IMG/VR virus record: IMGVR_UViG_3300017937_000001
Span: 1-45,781 of that record
Source of the DNA: a virus
Lineage: Duplodnaviria > Caudoviricetes
Strand: one strand, 5' to 3'
DNA length: 45,781 bases
This document shows positions 9,210-17,687 of the stretch, piece by piece. The position numbers and the translations under genes are program-made. A model generated the notes under the pieces. The model did no database searches. It worked only from the letters and a program-made list of their open reading frames with translations, and had not been told where the DNA came from. The number at the start of each line of letters is the position of its first letter. Within the stretch, counting starts at the first letter, position 1.

Positions 9210-9571
9210 GCGGGGGCCTCGGTCCTCGCCTGGTGGGTCAGGGCGCGCAGCTGGTTGTGCTCTACCTCGTGCTCACGCAGCAGCGTCTCGGTGAGCTTGA
9301 GGAGCTCCTGCAGACGGTTCCAGTTCTCCGCCGCCAGCCGGTAGAGGCTGCGTTCCCCGTCGGTCTCGAAGACGCCGCAGCTGTGGTTGAGCGAGGTGAC
9401 GAACCGGTGCGCCTTGAGCCGCTCCAGCGTCGCCACCCGCTCCAGGTGACGGGCGAAGGCGGGGTCAGCCTTCGCGTGCTCCCGGTCGAGCATCTCCTGG
9501 ATCTCCGGCGGCTCCACGTCGGAGCCGAGGAGGTTCAGGGTGCCGAAGTAGACGTGCTCCGCTTCCGTCAT
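9206..9571 (-). CDS. Hypothetical protein
   Basis: 121 aa, ATGA overlap. Confidence 0.6.
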   Translation of the reverse strand: MTEAEHVYFGTLNLLGSDVEPPEIQEMLDREHAKADPAFARHLERVATLERLKAHRFVTSLNHSCGVFETDGERSLYRLAAENWNRLQELLKLTETLLREHEVEHNQLRALTHQARTEAPA

Positions 9572-9924
9572 GGCGTGGCCACCTCTTCGTTGAGGTTGCG
9601 GGTGGGGTGAACGTGACCGCCGCAGCTCTCGCAGCGACCGCCCTCGCAGTGGTCGTTGGGCAGGTGCTCCAGCGCCCAGTGGTTGAAGTGCTCCTCGTCC
9701 ACGCGGTTCGCCAGCTCGATGAGCCGGATGCCGACGCGGGAGGGCAGCATGGCGACGCCGACGTACTCGAAGTGGTGACTGACCACCCAGGTCGCCTCGT
9801 CGACGTCCGCCTCGTTCTCGTCACCGTCGTAGGTCCACTCGTAGGTGCGTTGCGGCGTGCGGATGCACGACAGCAGGCCACCGAGACCGTAGATGAGCTT
9901 GGCGACGCGGGTGCGGGTCTTCAT
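9568..9924 (-). CDS. Hypothetical protein
   Basis: ATG 9924 with GAGGA RBS, downstream of a promoter. Confidence 0.6.
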   Translation of the reverse strand: MKTRTRVAKLIYGLGGLLSCIRTPQRTYEWTYDGDENEADVDEATWVVSHHFEYVGVAMLPSRVGIRLIELANRVDEEHFNHWALEHLPNDHCEGGRCESCGGHVHPTRNLNEEVATP

Positions 9925-9958
9925 TCCTGGTTCCTCCTCTCTTCCTGGTTCGTGACCC

Positions 9959-9987
9959 ATCTTACCAGCTCAGATGCGCGTTGTAAA
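9959..9987 (-). promoter_or_regulatory. Promoter
   Basis: TTTACA-N17-TAAGAT. Confidence 0.6.
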
Positions 9988-9992
9988 CAGGC

Positions 9993-10217
9993 TCACTCGT
10001 CGGCTCGGTTCACCCCGAAGATGGCCGCGTAGATGAACAGGCCGGGCCACCCGACGCACATGATCGCGGCCACGACGAGGATCCACGGTGCCGTGTCCAC
10101 GGCGAGCCACACGCGGTCATCCGTGCGGGCGAAGTGAGCGTTGACGGCCACCGCCGCCACGATGCCCGCGCCCCAGATGAGGCACAGCCAGGGTGCCGCC
10201 GCCTCAAGCACAGTCAC
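9993..10217 (-). CDS. Small membrane protein
   Basis: Hydrophobic 74 aa. Confidence 0.6.
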   Translation of the reverse strand: MTVLEAAAPWLCLIWGAGIVAAVAVNAHFARTDDRVWLAVDTAPWILVVAAIMCVGWPGLFIYAAIFGVNRADE

Positions 10218-10641
10218 GCTCGTCGCGGCCGTAGTGATGCAGGCGCCGTTTCCGACACGCCTTCTCCGAGACGCACCTCACCCGCATCTTGCCGTGCTCG
10301 TCGGGCACGGTGCGGAAGCCCGCCTTGCCGAGCCGACGACACGCGTGGCACGTGCGAAGGTCAGGCGGCATCTCGTGGCTGCACTTGCCGGTGAAGCACG
10401 CCCTCGCCCGCTCCTCGAACGCGTCGAGCGGGATGAGCTCCATGCGGAAGCCCCAGCTGAGCTGGCGCTCCCGCTCCTTCCTCACGCTCTCGAAGTGAGC
10501 GTGTGCCTCGTCGTCACTCGGGGCGACGTCTGCGGAGACTGCCCCGAGCGCGCAGCCGACGGGCGAGAGCCACAGCCAGCTGCATCTGTCGAGCGGCACC
10601 TGACGGCCGTCGATGACGGCCATGAGCTCCGCGATGCTCAT
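10204..10641 (-). CDS. Hypothetical Cys-rich protein
   Basis: 145 aa with RBS. Confidence 0.6.
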   Translation of the reverse strand: MSIAELMAVIDGRQVPLDRCSWLWLSPVGCALGAVSADVAPSDDEAHAHFESVRKERERQLSWGFRMELIPLDAFEERARACFTGKCSHEMPPDLRTCHACRRLGKAGFRTVPDEHGKMRVRCVSEKACRKRRLHHYGRDERDCA

Positions 10642-10703
10642 CTCTCTTCCTGCTCTCTTCCGGTGGTGCCGGGTCGTCGTCCCGGCACCTCAACGTGTCC
10701 GGC

Positions 10704-11177
10704 TCAGCTGGCGTCACGGTCGCGCAGCAGGTGGATGGAGTACTCCGCGAGCTCCCCCGCCTTGTTCTGCCGCACCGGGTGCAGTCGCGCGCCCGCCAGC
10801 ACCCGGTAGTGGCTGGCGTCGCTGGCGACCTGCGTTCCCGAGACGCCGAAGACGCCCGTGAGGTCGGCGTCTGCCTTGCGACGCCAGACGGTCTTGTTGT
10901 GGTGCGTGGTCACGCGGGTGACCTCGTAGGCGCCGGTGACCTCGTTCCGGCTGAGCCGGATGGTCCGCGCCTCCGGGTAGGTCTCCTTGACGGCGGCGGT
11001 GAGGCGACGCAGCACCAGTCGCGCCAGGGACTGGCCCTTGCGGCTGATGGCGGCGTCCAACTCGTCGGGCGTGGCGATACCCACGGCAGCTCCCTGGTGT
11101 GATGAGAAAGTGGTCAGGGCGGCGTCGTCACGTCCCTGCGTACGCAGCCGTGTGACGACGCCACCCGTGTCTCTCAT
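10704..11177 (-). CDS. Hypothetical protein (start uncertain)
   Basis: ORF in a co-oriented run. Confidence 0.55.
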   Translation of the reverse strand: MRDTGGVVTRLRTQGRDDAALTTFSSHQGAAVGIATPDELDAAISRKGQSLARLVLRRLTAAVKETYPEARTIRLSRNEVTGAYEVTRVTTHHNKTVWRRKADADLTGVFGVSGTQVASDASHYRVLAGARLHPVRQNKAGELAEYSIHLLRDRDAS

Positions 11178-11222
11178 CTTACCCCTACAAAGCCGTCTCG
11201 GACACCACCTGTGCCGCAGAGG

Positions 11223-11486
11223 CTACTTGCTGGCGGGTCCGTGGGTCTCGTGACGGAACCACACGATGAACCCCTCGTTGCTGGGCACCACGCGGATGGC
11301 CTCGGTGGGCACCGGGGCGCCGCCCGTCAGCTCCTGGTACTCCTTCGCGGCGTCCCGCAGGGCCGCCGCGAGCGCCGCGTGGGAGACGCCGTGCTCACCC
11401 ATCGGCACGATGTGCTCGACGTGCTTGGTGTTGGTCTCGCGACGCGAGTTCTGGTGGATCGGGAAGCTGCCGGTGTTGCCGCTCAT
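11223..11486 (-). CDS. Hypothetical protein
   Basis: ATG 11486 with AGGAG RBS. Confidence 0.6.
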   Translation of the reverse strand: MSGNTGSFPIHQNSRRETNTKHVEHIVPMGEHGVSHAALAAALRDAAKEYQELTGGAPVPTEAIRVVPSNEGFIVWFRHETHGPASK

Positions 11487-11602
11487 CGCTTGCTCTCCTG
11501 GTTCAGGGTCTGGTTGTGCTGGTGAAGTGAGGCGTCGCAGTAGACGCATGGTGGGGTCGCCTTGTGGTTGACGCGACGGCACTTGCCGCAGATCCAGCTC
11601 AC
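11483..11602 (-). CDS. Small Zn-ribbon protein
   Basis: WICGKC...CVYC; overlaps neighbours by 4 nt. Confidence 0.5.
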   Translation of the reverse strand: MSWICGKCRRVNHKATPPCVYCDASLHQHNQTLNQESKR

Positions 11603-11991
11603 GAGGCGACCGGCACGGGCAGGGCACGCTGACGCGCGCCCACCACCCGGCGCCAGGCGTCCGTAAGCTGGCGGTAGCTCGTCCACGCGACCGTGCCGTC
11701 GTTGTACACCTCGTCGTACGAGAGGTCGAAGCCGTGGGTCACGATCGGGTTGTCGGCGGTCAGTCGCACCACCGACGTGTCGAGCTCGTCCGCGTGGGTG
11801 TGGATGCCCAGGGTACGGAGGCCCAGGCTGTAGCTGCGGAAGAGTTGCCCGAGCACGCACTTGTCACAGTACGCGAGGGACAGGCTCAACACGCTCACGT
11901 TCAGCGCCCAGTTCGGGTCGTAGCCGTCGAGCAGCTTGGCGCCCTGCGCGACGCGTGCCTCCAGCTCCGCCACGGTGGGTGAGGTTGTCAC
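11599..11991 (-). CDS. Hypothetical phage protein
   Basis: ARVAQGAKLLD...CVLGQLF. Confidence 0.7.
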   Translation of the reverse strand: MTTSPTVAELEARVAQGAKLLDGYDPNWALNVSVLSLSLAYCDKCVLGQLFRSYSLGLRTLGIHTHADELDTSVVRLTADNPIVTHGFDLSYDEVYNDGTVAWTSYRQLTDAWRRVVGARQRALPVPVAS

Positions 11992-12042
11992 TCGTTCACT
12001 TCCTTCCTCGTCCCTCAGCTGCCCTCTCAGGCAGTCGAGTGC

Positions 12043-12071
12043 ATCATATCACCCTGGGGTGAAGTTGTACA
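12043..12071 (-). promoter_or_regulatory. Promoter
   Basis: TGTACA-N17-TATGAT. Confidence 0.6.
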
Positions 12072-12076
12072 CGAGC

Positions 12077-12526
12077 TCAGCTGCCGGTCCAGCCCGGCAC
12101 CACGGTGGTCGGGATGCCCTCGTCCTGCCACAGCTTGAGCACGTTGGGGTTGTCGTCCCACGCGTGAACGACGGTGAAGCCCTGCTCACGCACCCACGTG
12201 AGCATGTCGAGCTTCACCGCCACATCCGCGCGGTAGTCCCCAGCACGCCGCATCAGCACCGCGTGCGTCATCACGTCGTTCCGCATCATCCACGACGTCA
12301 GCACGTCGCGGAAGTCGTCGGTGCAGCCGGTCATGAGGACGATGACCTTGTCGTCGTCCTGGATGGCGTTCCACAGCGCCCGCACGGTGTCCTGGATGGG
12401 CGGGCAGTTGCCGGTCTGACGGTGGAACTCCGGGAAGTTCCGGTAACCACCGCCCTCCACCAGGTGGCGGATGCCGCTGACGTCGACCAGGGTGCCTTGC
12501 CAGTCGAAGATGACCGCTTCCTTCAC
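12077..12526 (-). CDS. HAD phosphatase resembling the PNK 3'-phosphatase domain
   Basis: IFDWQGTL (variant of DxDGTL), MRRAGDYRAD, WDDNPNV. Confidence 0.8.
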   Translation of the reverse strand: MKEAVIFDWQGTLVDVSGIRHLVEGGGYRNFPEFHRQTGNCPPIQDTVRALWNAIQDDDKVIVLMTGCTDDFRDVLTSWMMRNDVMTHAVLMRRAGDYRADVAVKLDMLTWVREQGFTVVHAWDDNPNVLKLWQDEGIPTTVVPGWTGS

Positions 12527-12840
12527 GCTCTCTCATCCTTCCTCAGGTGACGCTCGGCGGCGAGCCGGGCGTGCTGCTCTCGGTGTCGTCTGCTCATGAA
12601 CTCGTAGATCTCCGGCTCACCCTCTCGCTTGGAGCTGTGCAGGGCCAGGGCCTGGTTCCAGAAGAGGGCCTCGTAGCGACTGCCTGAGCGCCCGAGAAGC
12701 ACCCAGGCGAGGAAGCAGGGGACGACTACCCAACCGAAGCCGAACGCCGCCGTGAGGACCGCGAGAGCGATCACCGCGACCTGCAGCCGAGCGAGCTGTC
12801 GCCACCTCACATACGCGTCCTTGACGCTGAGGAACGGCAT
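12523..12840 (-). CDS. Membrane protein
   Basis: Hydrophobic N-terminal half. Confidence 0.55.
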   Translation of the reverse strand: MPFLSVKDAYVRWRQLARLQVAVIALAVLTAAFGFGWVVVPCFLAWVLLGRSGSRYEALFWNQALALHSSKREGEPEIYEFMSRRHREQHARLAAERHLRKDERA

Positions 12841-13457
12841 CACGCGCCCCCGATGTCGGCGATCCTGGCCGCCGCCTCTCCCCAGTAGCACAGCGCGTGC
12901 CACCCCGGCGCCTCCTGCGCTGCCTCGAAGGTGATCGTCTTGGCGTCGTTGACCTGGGCGTAGATGTTGCAGCACACCAGCTCAGCGCGGACGCGGCTGG
13001 CGATGCGGGTGGCGACGTCTGCCGCCACCTCACTCATCTCGTACGGCCAGGTGAGGGTGGGGCGCACCTCGTGCGCGACGCCGTTCCGCACGATGACGCG
13101 CCAGGTGTCATCCCCGGAGCGGCACTCCAGGTGTCCCTCGAAGGCGCGATCCGGAAACATCCGAGCCACGAGACTGACGTGACTCGTTAGGTCGTAGGCG
13201 TCTCGGTAGCCGTAACCCTCCCCGCGGGTGGGTACGATCGCCGTGCCCTCACGTCGGATGAGGAAGCCGTCCGGGGTGTCAACCTCGGTTTCCTCCACGT
13301 GAACACGCACGTCGAGGTCGCCGCGTCCGCCGCGTGGACGCGGCCCGTCGAAGCTTCCCGGCAGCTGGCCGCGGATGATCGAGTTGTCCCGGATCACGTT
13401 CCACGGGAGCGGTGGCACGATGTGGATGGCGCCGGTGACGCGGGTGTCGTAGCTCAC
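12840..13457 (-). CDS. Hypothetical actinophage protein
   Basis: 205 aa, GAGGAG RBS. Confidence 0.65.
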   Translation of the reverse strand: MSYDTRVTGAIHIVPPLPWNVIRDNSIIRGQLPGSFDGPRPRGGRGDLDVRVHVEETEVDTPDGFLIRREGTAIVPTRGEGYGYRDAYDLTSHVSLVARMFPDRAFEGHLECRSGDDTWRVIVRNGVAHEVRPTLTWPYEMSEVAADVATRIASRVRAELVCCNIYAQVNDAKTITFEAAQEAPGWHALCYWGEAAARIADIGGA

Positions 13458-13520
13458 GTCTGTCTCCTCACTTCCTCGCTCGGTGACGTGCTCAGCTTAC
13501 CAGGGAGACGGGTGCGAGAA

Positions 13521-13552
13521 CGCCCCGGGTGACCTGTCGGCTACCCGGGGCG
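13521..13552 (-). terminator. Hairpin after the GT2 operon
   Basis: cgccccgggt...acccggggcg. Confidence 0.55.
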
Positions 13553-13571
13553 ACTCTCACCTCGCGGTGAC

Positions 13572-13736
13572 TCAGCGGCCGCGACGGATGCGCGGCGCCA
13601 GGTTGAACAGCGCGTAGCCGACGGCCAGCAGCACGATGGCGGTGGCGAGGGTGGCGAGAGTGCCGGCCCCGCCGGTGTGAGCCAGGGTGGCTCCGGTGGC
13701 GGCGCCCCCGACGGTGCCCGCGGTGTTGGTGTACAC
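13572..13736 (-). CDS. 54-aa peptide with LAXTG sortase-type sorting signal
   Basis: Read manually: MYTNTAGTVGGAATGATLAHTGGAGTLATLATAIVLLAVGYALFNLAPRIRRGR; AAAGGAG RBS. Confidence 0.75.
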   Translation of the reverse strand: MYTNTAGTVGGAATGATLAHTGGAGTLATLATAIVLLAVGYALFNLAPRIRRGR

Positions 13737-13751
13737 GGTGATCCTACTCCT

Positions 13752-14837
13752 TTACCAGGCGATGTCGACACCGCGAAGGTGTCGCGTGAGTGAGATGACG
13801 AACACGGTCTGACGGAACATGTCGTAGAGCAGCTCCGGCAGCAGCAACGCGGCGACGAGCATGCCGCGCCAACCCGCCTTACGTGCCGTGAAGGCGCGCT
13901 CGAACGAGAAGAACAGGGTGACCCCGAGCCAGAACGGCTGGTGGATCAAGTCGAAGCGTGCCCACCCCATCCGCGTGGTGAGGTAGACGCTGTAGGTGAC
14001 CCACACGAGTGTGAACAGCACGTTGGCGCCGGCCAGCCACTGACGGTTCACCATCGGCTTGGTGACCTCAGTGCGACCGTAGCGCTCCAGCTCACACATG
14101 CCGCCCTGGACCCATCGGATGCGCTGAACGTGAAGCGTTCGAGGGGTCTTCATCATGTCGGTGGTGCACCGGCAGTTGACCGACGCGACGGTGCGAAACC
14201 GCAGGGTCTTGACCGCGATGGTCAGCTCCATGTCTTCGCTGATCGCGTCGGTGTTGTACATGAAGGGCTTGCCGGGGAGGTCACCGCGACGACGAGCCTC
14301 CACCACCGCGCGGATCACCCCGACCCGCAGCGCCTGCGCGGCGCCGGAGAGGTTGAGGGTGCGACCGTTACGACGGGCAACCATGCGAGAGTATCGCACG
14401 TACTCGTTGTGTTGCAGCTGCTCCAGCGGGTTCCACGTGGGGACAGCATCGAAGACCGGCCCGACGGCGTCGTAGCGCCGACGAAGCAGCTTCTCCGCGT
14501 TCTCCACGAACGTGGGCTTCAGGGTGGTGTCTGCGTCCGTGATGATCACCACGTCGCGGTCCTCGAGCTCATCGAGCAGCCACGTCAACGGCTGGTTGAC
14601 GGCGCCGGCACGCTTGTGGGTGTTGCCTCTGGTCGGGATGGCACGCGCGCCTGCCCTCGCCGCCAGCAACGCGGTGTCGTCGGTGCAGTTGTCTGCCGAC
14701 ACGATGACCATGTCAGGTCTGCGGGTCTGCGCCCACAGTGCCTCCACGGCGGCGGTGATTCCCACCGCCTCGTTGTGCGCGGGAATGATGACGACTACCC
14801 GTCTGGGTCGCACGCCTCTCGTCGTTTCCTCGTCCAT
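13752..14837 (-). CDS. Processive GT2 glycosyltransferase (PgaC/IcaA/cellulose synthase-like)
   Basis: IPAHNE, DAD, SED and QRIRW motifs; C-terminal TM helices. Confidence 0.88.
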   Translation of the reverse strand: MDEETTRGVRPRRVVVIIPAHNEAVGITAAVEALWAQTRRPDMVIVSADNCTDDTALLAARAGARAIPTRGNTHKRAGAVNQPLTWLLDELEDRDVVIITDADTTLKPTFVENAEKLLRRRYDAVGPVFDAVPTWNPLEQLQHNEYVRYSRMVARRNGRTLNLSGAAQALRVGVIRAVVEARRRGDLPGKPFMYNTDAISEDMELTIAVKTLRFRTVASVNCRCTTDMMKTPRTLHVQRIRWVQGGMCELERYGRTEVTKPMVNRQWLAGANVLFTLVWVTYSVYLTTRMGWARFDLIHQPFWLGVTLFFSFERAFTARKAGWRGMLVAALLLPELLYDMFRQTVFVISLTRHLRGVDIAW

Positions 14838-14867
14838 GTCGCTTCCTGTTCCTGAGGTGTTGAGAGC

Positions 14868-14896
14868 ACCTTATCACCCGTAGGTGCGTTTGTCCA
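14868..14896 (-). promoter_or_regulatory. Promoter of the GT2 operon
   Basis: TGGACA-N17-TAAGGT. Confidence 0.6.
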
Positions 14897-14899
14897 ACC

Positions 14900-15265
14900 C
14901 TAGTCCCACAACGCGAAGAAGTACTCGTTGAGCAGCTTCAGCGCCTCGTGGCACCGCTCCGCCCACCGCTCCTCCTCGTCGAGGGTCATGTCGTGCCGGG
15001 TCTCCGCCCAGACGCGAAGCGGCACCTCGATGCGCTCCAGCACCTCGTTCCACTCCTCCGCCCCGTTGAAGCACGCGGGGTAGCCGTGCCCGTTCACCCT
15101 CAGCTCTCGCACGCTGTCTGCGATGACCTGAGCCAGGTAGCTCTCCAGGTTCCAGGTGTCGTAGCGCGAGAAGCCCCTTCGGGCACGTTCTCGCCGGTGC
15201 TCGAGGATCCGTCGCCAGTTCCTCCAGGGCTTGGCGTAGACCCAGGCGTCACTACGCGGCATCAT
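14900..15265 (-). CDS. Hypothetical phage protein
   Basis: RGFSRYDTWNLESYLAQVI...YFFALWD. Confidence 0.75.
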   Translation of the reverse strand: MMPRSDAWVYAKPWRNWRRILEHRRERARRGFSRYDTWNLESYLAQVIADSVRELRVNGHGYPACFNGAEEWNEVLERIEVPLRVWAETRHDMTLDEEERWAERCHEALKLLNEYFFALWD

Positions 15266-15331
15266 TCGTCCTTCCTGAACGCGGGCGCGGCCGGCACCCA
15301 GGTTCAGGGTACCGGCCGCGCGGGTGGGGTT

Positions 15332-15910
15332 CTACTCCGCGATGAGCTCGAGCTCGTCGGGCTTCGGCTGCAGCGGCAGGGCCGCGATGGCCTCCGTGCG
15401 CCGCGAGACCTCCGTGCTCACGACCTCCTCCACCTTGTTGAGCAGCTGTCGGACGGTGGTGCGGGACAGTCCGAACTGCTCGTAGATCCAGGTCTGGAGC
15501 TTGATGGCGTGCTCGTCCCAGGGGGTGATCGCGGGCAGCACACCCGCCTGACGCGCCGGCCCCAGCAGCTGCTCCCACTCGCTGCACCAGCCGTGGTGCT
15601 CCGCGAGCGCGTTCAGCTCGCTCATGGAGGCCGGCAGCGCCTCCAGCACGATGGTGCAGAAGGACGAGTAGTTGGCGAAGAGCTCGTTGATGATGTAGCG
15701 CACGAGCTTGTCGTCGGACTTGAGGATCTCCGTCTTCGCGTCCGCGAACGCCTGGGCGCGCCGCTCGCGCAGGTTGGCTCGCTTGGCCTCGTAGGCGGCA
15801 TAGGAGATCGTCTCCTGGTCGTACTCGCGACGGGCCCTGCGCAGCTCGTCGTCGTACGTGGTGATCGCGGTGTTGCGTGCGTTGAAGAACGTCTCAACCT
15901 CGGGCAGCAT
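15332..15910 (-). CDS. Hypothetical protein
   Basis: 192 aa, GAGGA RBS. Confidence 0.7.
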   Translation of the reverse strand: MLPEVETFFNARNTAITTYDDELRRARREYDQETISYAAYEAKRANLRERRAQAFADAKTEILKSDDKLVRYIINELFANYSSFCTIVLEALPASMSELNALAEHHGWCSEWEQLLGPARQAGVLPAITPWDEHAIKLQTWIYEQFGLSRTTVRQLLNKVEEVVSTEVSRRTEAIAALPLQPKPDELELIAE

Positions 15911-16075
15911 GCGTCTCGTCCTCTCGTCGTTCCTGGTCGTTCGTTCCTGGGTGAAGCGCCGGGCTCGCCTACTACGAGCGTACGGGGATCTTGCCCCGGG
16001 AGAGCCGCGACGCGGGTCACCGTGGTTGGCCTCCCCGTACCCAGGCGGAGTAAGGGTTTCCGCAGGTACCGGCCG

Positions 16076-16149
16076 TTGGCGAGGTGGGAGTTGAACCCAC
16101 GACCTCTCCCTTATCAGGGGAGCGCTCTAACCACCTGAGCTACACGCCA
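16076..16149 (-). tRNA. tRNA-Ile(GAT)
   Basis: Cloverleaf; anticodon loop CTGATAA; T loop TTCAACT; U1:A72 and one acceptor mismatch; no CCA. Confidence 0.85.
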
Positions 16150-16258
16150 TACGCGAGGTTCCACACCCTCGCACCCGGGCTCGTGCCACCACCCGCCGGT
16201 ATCCTCCCCACCGTAGGGCGGGAGGGCCTGGCGAGCCCCGGTCCACTAGTTACCGTTC

Positions 16259-16384
16259 TCAACCCCTGAGCAGCAGCCACAGGACGAAGCAGATCGCCGC
16301 GATGATCGCGACCCCGATGATCGTACCACCCGTGGTGCTGGTGAGGTCACGAAACTCGTGAAGCGTGGACTCCGCCTGCATCAT
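16259..16384 (-). CDS. Small membrane protein
   Basis: 41 aa, one TM, downstream of a promoter. Confidence 0.5.
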   Translation of the reverse strand: MMQAESTLHEFRDLTSTTGGTIIGVAIIAAICFVLWLLLRG

Positions 16385-16433
16385 CTGCGTGACCCTCCTT
16401 CCTGACTCGCTTCCTGACTTCCTGACGATGACT

Positions 16434-16462
16434 ACTGTACCAGGGTCGGGTGCGTTTGTAAA
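16434..16462 (-). promoter_or_regulatory. Promoter
   Basis: TTTACA-N17-TACAGT. Confidence 0.6.
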
Positions 16463-16471
16463 CACCCTTCG

Positions 16472-16546
16472 TGCCCGCGCGAGGACTCGCACCCCGTGCC
16501 GCGTCCGGCATGGCTCCCCCTGCTAGTCGGGAGGTTCACCACGGGC
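16472..16546 (-). ncRNA. tRNA-like RNA lacking the D arm
   Basis: Acceptor GCCCGTG/CGCGGGC-A; T arm CGGGG-TGCGAGT-CCTCG; variable hairpin TGCCG/CGGCA; CTCCC/GGGAG stem; no D arm. Confidence 0.5.
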
Positions 16547-16673
16547 AGCCACCAGTCTCGAGCCCGGTGACGTTTACCATCGGTTTTCGCCTGGAGATCC
16601 CACCCGGCAACGGGACCCGCTTGATCGAGCGGGTGTGGTTCCGGACGTGTTCCACGCGCTGCACCGCACAGCG

Positions 16674-16745
16674 AGCCTCAGGCAGGGATCGAACCTGCGA
16701 CCTGTCGCTTACGAGGCGACCGCTCTACCACTGAGCCACTGAGGC
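16674..16745 (-). tRNA. tRNA-Thr(CGT)
   Basis: Perfect cloverleaf; loop CTCGTAA. Confidence 0.92.
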
Positions 16746-16843
16746 ACCGGTGATGACGCTGCTAAGTCGTCACCACCAGGGTCGTCGTGTCACGGTGACC
16801 AAACCGCCTTCCCGTCCCACCCGAGGGTGGTGGACGTGACACG

Positions 16844-16917
16844 TGGAACCGGCAGGTTTCGATCCTGCGAACCTCCCGTGTTTCAGACGGGCGCTCTTCC
16901 AACTGAGCTACGGTTCC
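16844..16917 (-). tRNA. tRNA-Phe(GAA) with atypical T loop
   Basis: Loop CTGAAAC; T loop ATCGAAA. Confidence 0.85.
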
Positions 16918-16985
16918 GGGTGATGCCGCGTCGGTGAGAGTCGACCGGCACCCGACAACCCATCTCGCCAGAGATGTCCCTCACG

Positions 16986-17050
16986 TGGACCGGGTGGGAC
17001 TCGAACCCACAGCCTTCCCGTCGGTTGCTCTGCCATTGAGCTACCGGTCC
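16986..17050 (-). ncRNA. tRNA-like RNA with truncated anticodon arm
   Basis: Perfect acceptor GGACCGG/CCGGTCC-A, D arm and T arm; only 16 nt between D and T stems. Confidence 0.7.
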
Positions 17051-17199
17051 GTGACCCGTTTGGCGTCCGGGGTGGGCCCTCCCCGTCTAGGACGCGAAGT
17101 GGTTGCAGCCCCCTCACGTAGACGCTGTCGCTTCTTGCGTGGCACGGGACGGCGACTGTCCCGCTGGCAAACCGATCACTGCATCATCGGCCTACCACG

Positions 17200-17272
17200 T
17201 GAACCCGGCAGGACTTGAACCTGCGACACGAGGGTTAAGAGCCCCCTGCTCTGCCAACTGAGCTACGGGTCC
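17200..17272 (-). tRNA. tRNA-Lys(CTT)
   Basis: Cloverleaf; loop CTCTTAA. Confidence 0.9.
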
Positions 17273-17316
17273 TGGCGGACGAGCCCGGCTATCACCATCC
17301 GAGCCCGTCCTGAGTA

Positions 17317-17388
17317 ATGTATGGGCGGGGATCGAACCCGCGACCTTCGGATTAAGAGTCCGACGCGCTTCCACTGCGCTACCAATGT
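17317..17388 (-). pseudogene. tRNA-Lys(CTT)-like RNA with unpaired acceptor stem
   Basis: D, anticodon and T arms perfect; ACATTGG vs CCATACA gives only 3 pairs. Confidence 0.7.
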
Positions 17389-17401
17389 CGTTACGCTCTC
17401 A

Positions 17402-17535
17402 GTCACACACGGTTGGACCTGTCTTAGCTTGACACCATGCGCCGTTGCCGTTACGGCCACCTGTCCTTGAAGTGGACAGGACGGGATTCGAACCCGCATC
17501 TCGCGGTGAGGGGATCAGGTCAGGTCGATTGTGAC
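17402..17535 (-). ncRNA. Circularly permuted tRNA-like domain 2 (T arm, closed acceptor, D arm)
   Basis: GCGGG-TTCGAAT-CCCGT; CCTGTCC-ACTTCAA-GGACAGG; GCCG-TAACGGCAA-CGGC; closed by GACCTG/CAGGTC and GTCACA/TGTGAC. Confidence 0.75.
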
Positions 17536-17551
17536 GTCTGCGTGTTGCTTC

Positions 17552-17687
17552 AAGCTGGAGCGAGAGTCTGAGTCTGACGCGACGTGCTGCCTCTACCGGT
17601 TGGGCTACCCGCGCACGTGGAGCGCGGGGCAGGACTCGAACCTGCACTGTCACACTACTCGCTGAGTCTCATCTTCAACTTCAGCTT
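17552..17687 (-). ncRNA. Circularly permuted tRNA-like domain 1 with hexamer-repeat bulges
   Basis: GCAGG-TTCGAGT-CCTGC; CCCGCGC-TCCACGT-GCGCGGG; D arm GCCCAACCGGTAGAGGC; closed by AGCGAG/CTCGCT and AAGCTG/CAGCTT. Confidence 0.75.

Noticed and set aside
16550-16673. HDV-like (theta) ribozyme after the tRNA 3' end
   Set aside because: I could not build the nested double pseudoknot by eye; a descriptor search would be needed.
17473-17614. A single intron-containing tRNA joining the D arm at 17.6 kb to the T arm at 17.48 kb
   Set aside because: Acceptor strands GCGCGGG and CCTGTCC do not match well; each pairs perfectly with its local partner in the permuted fold.
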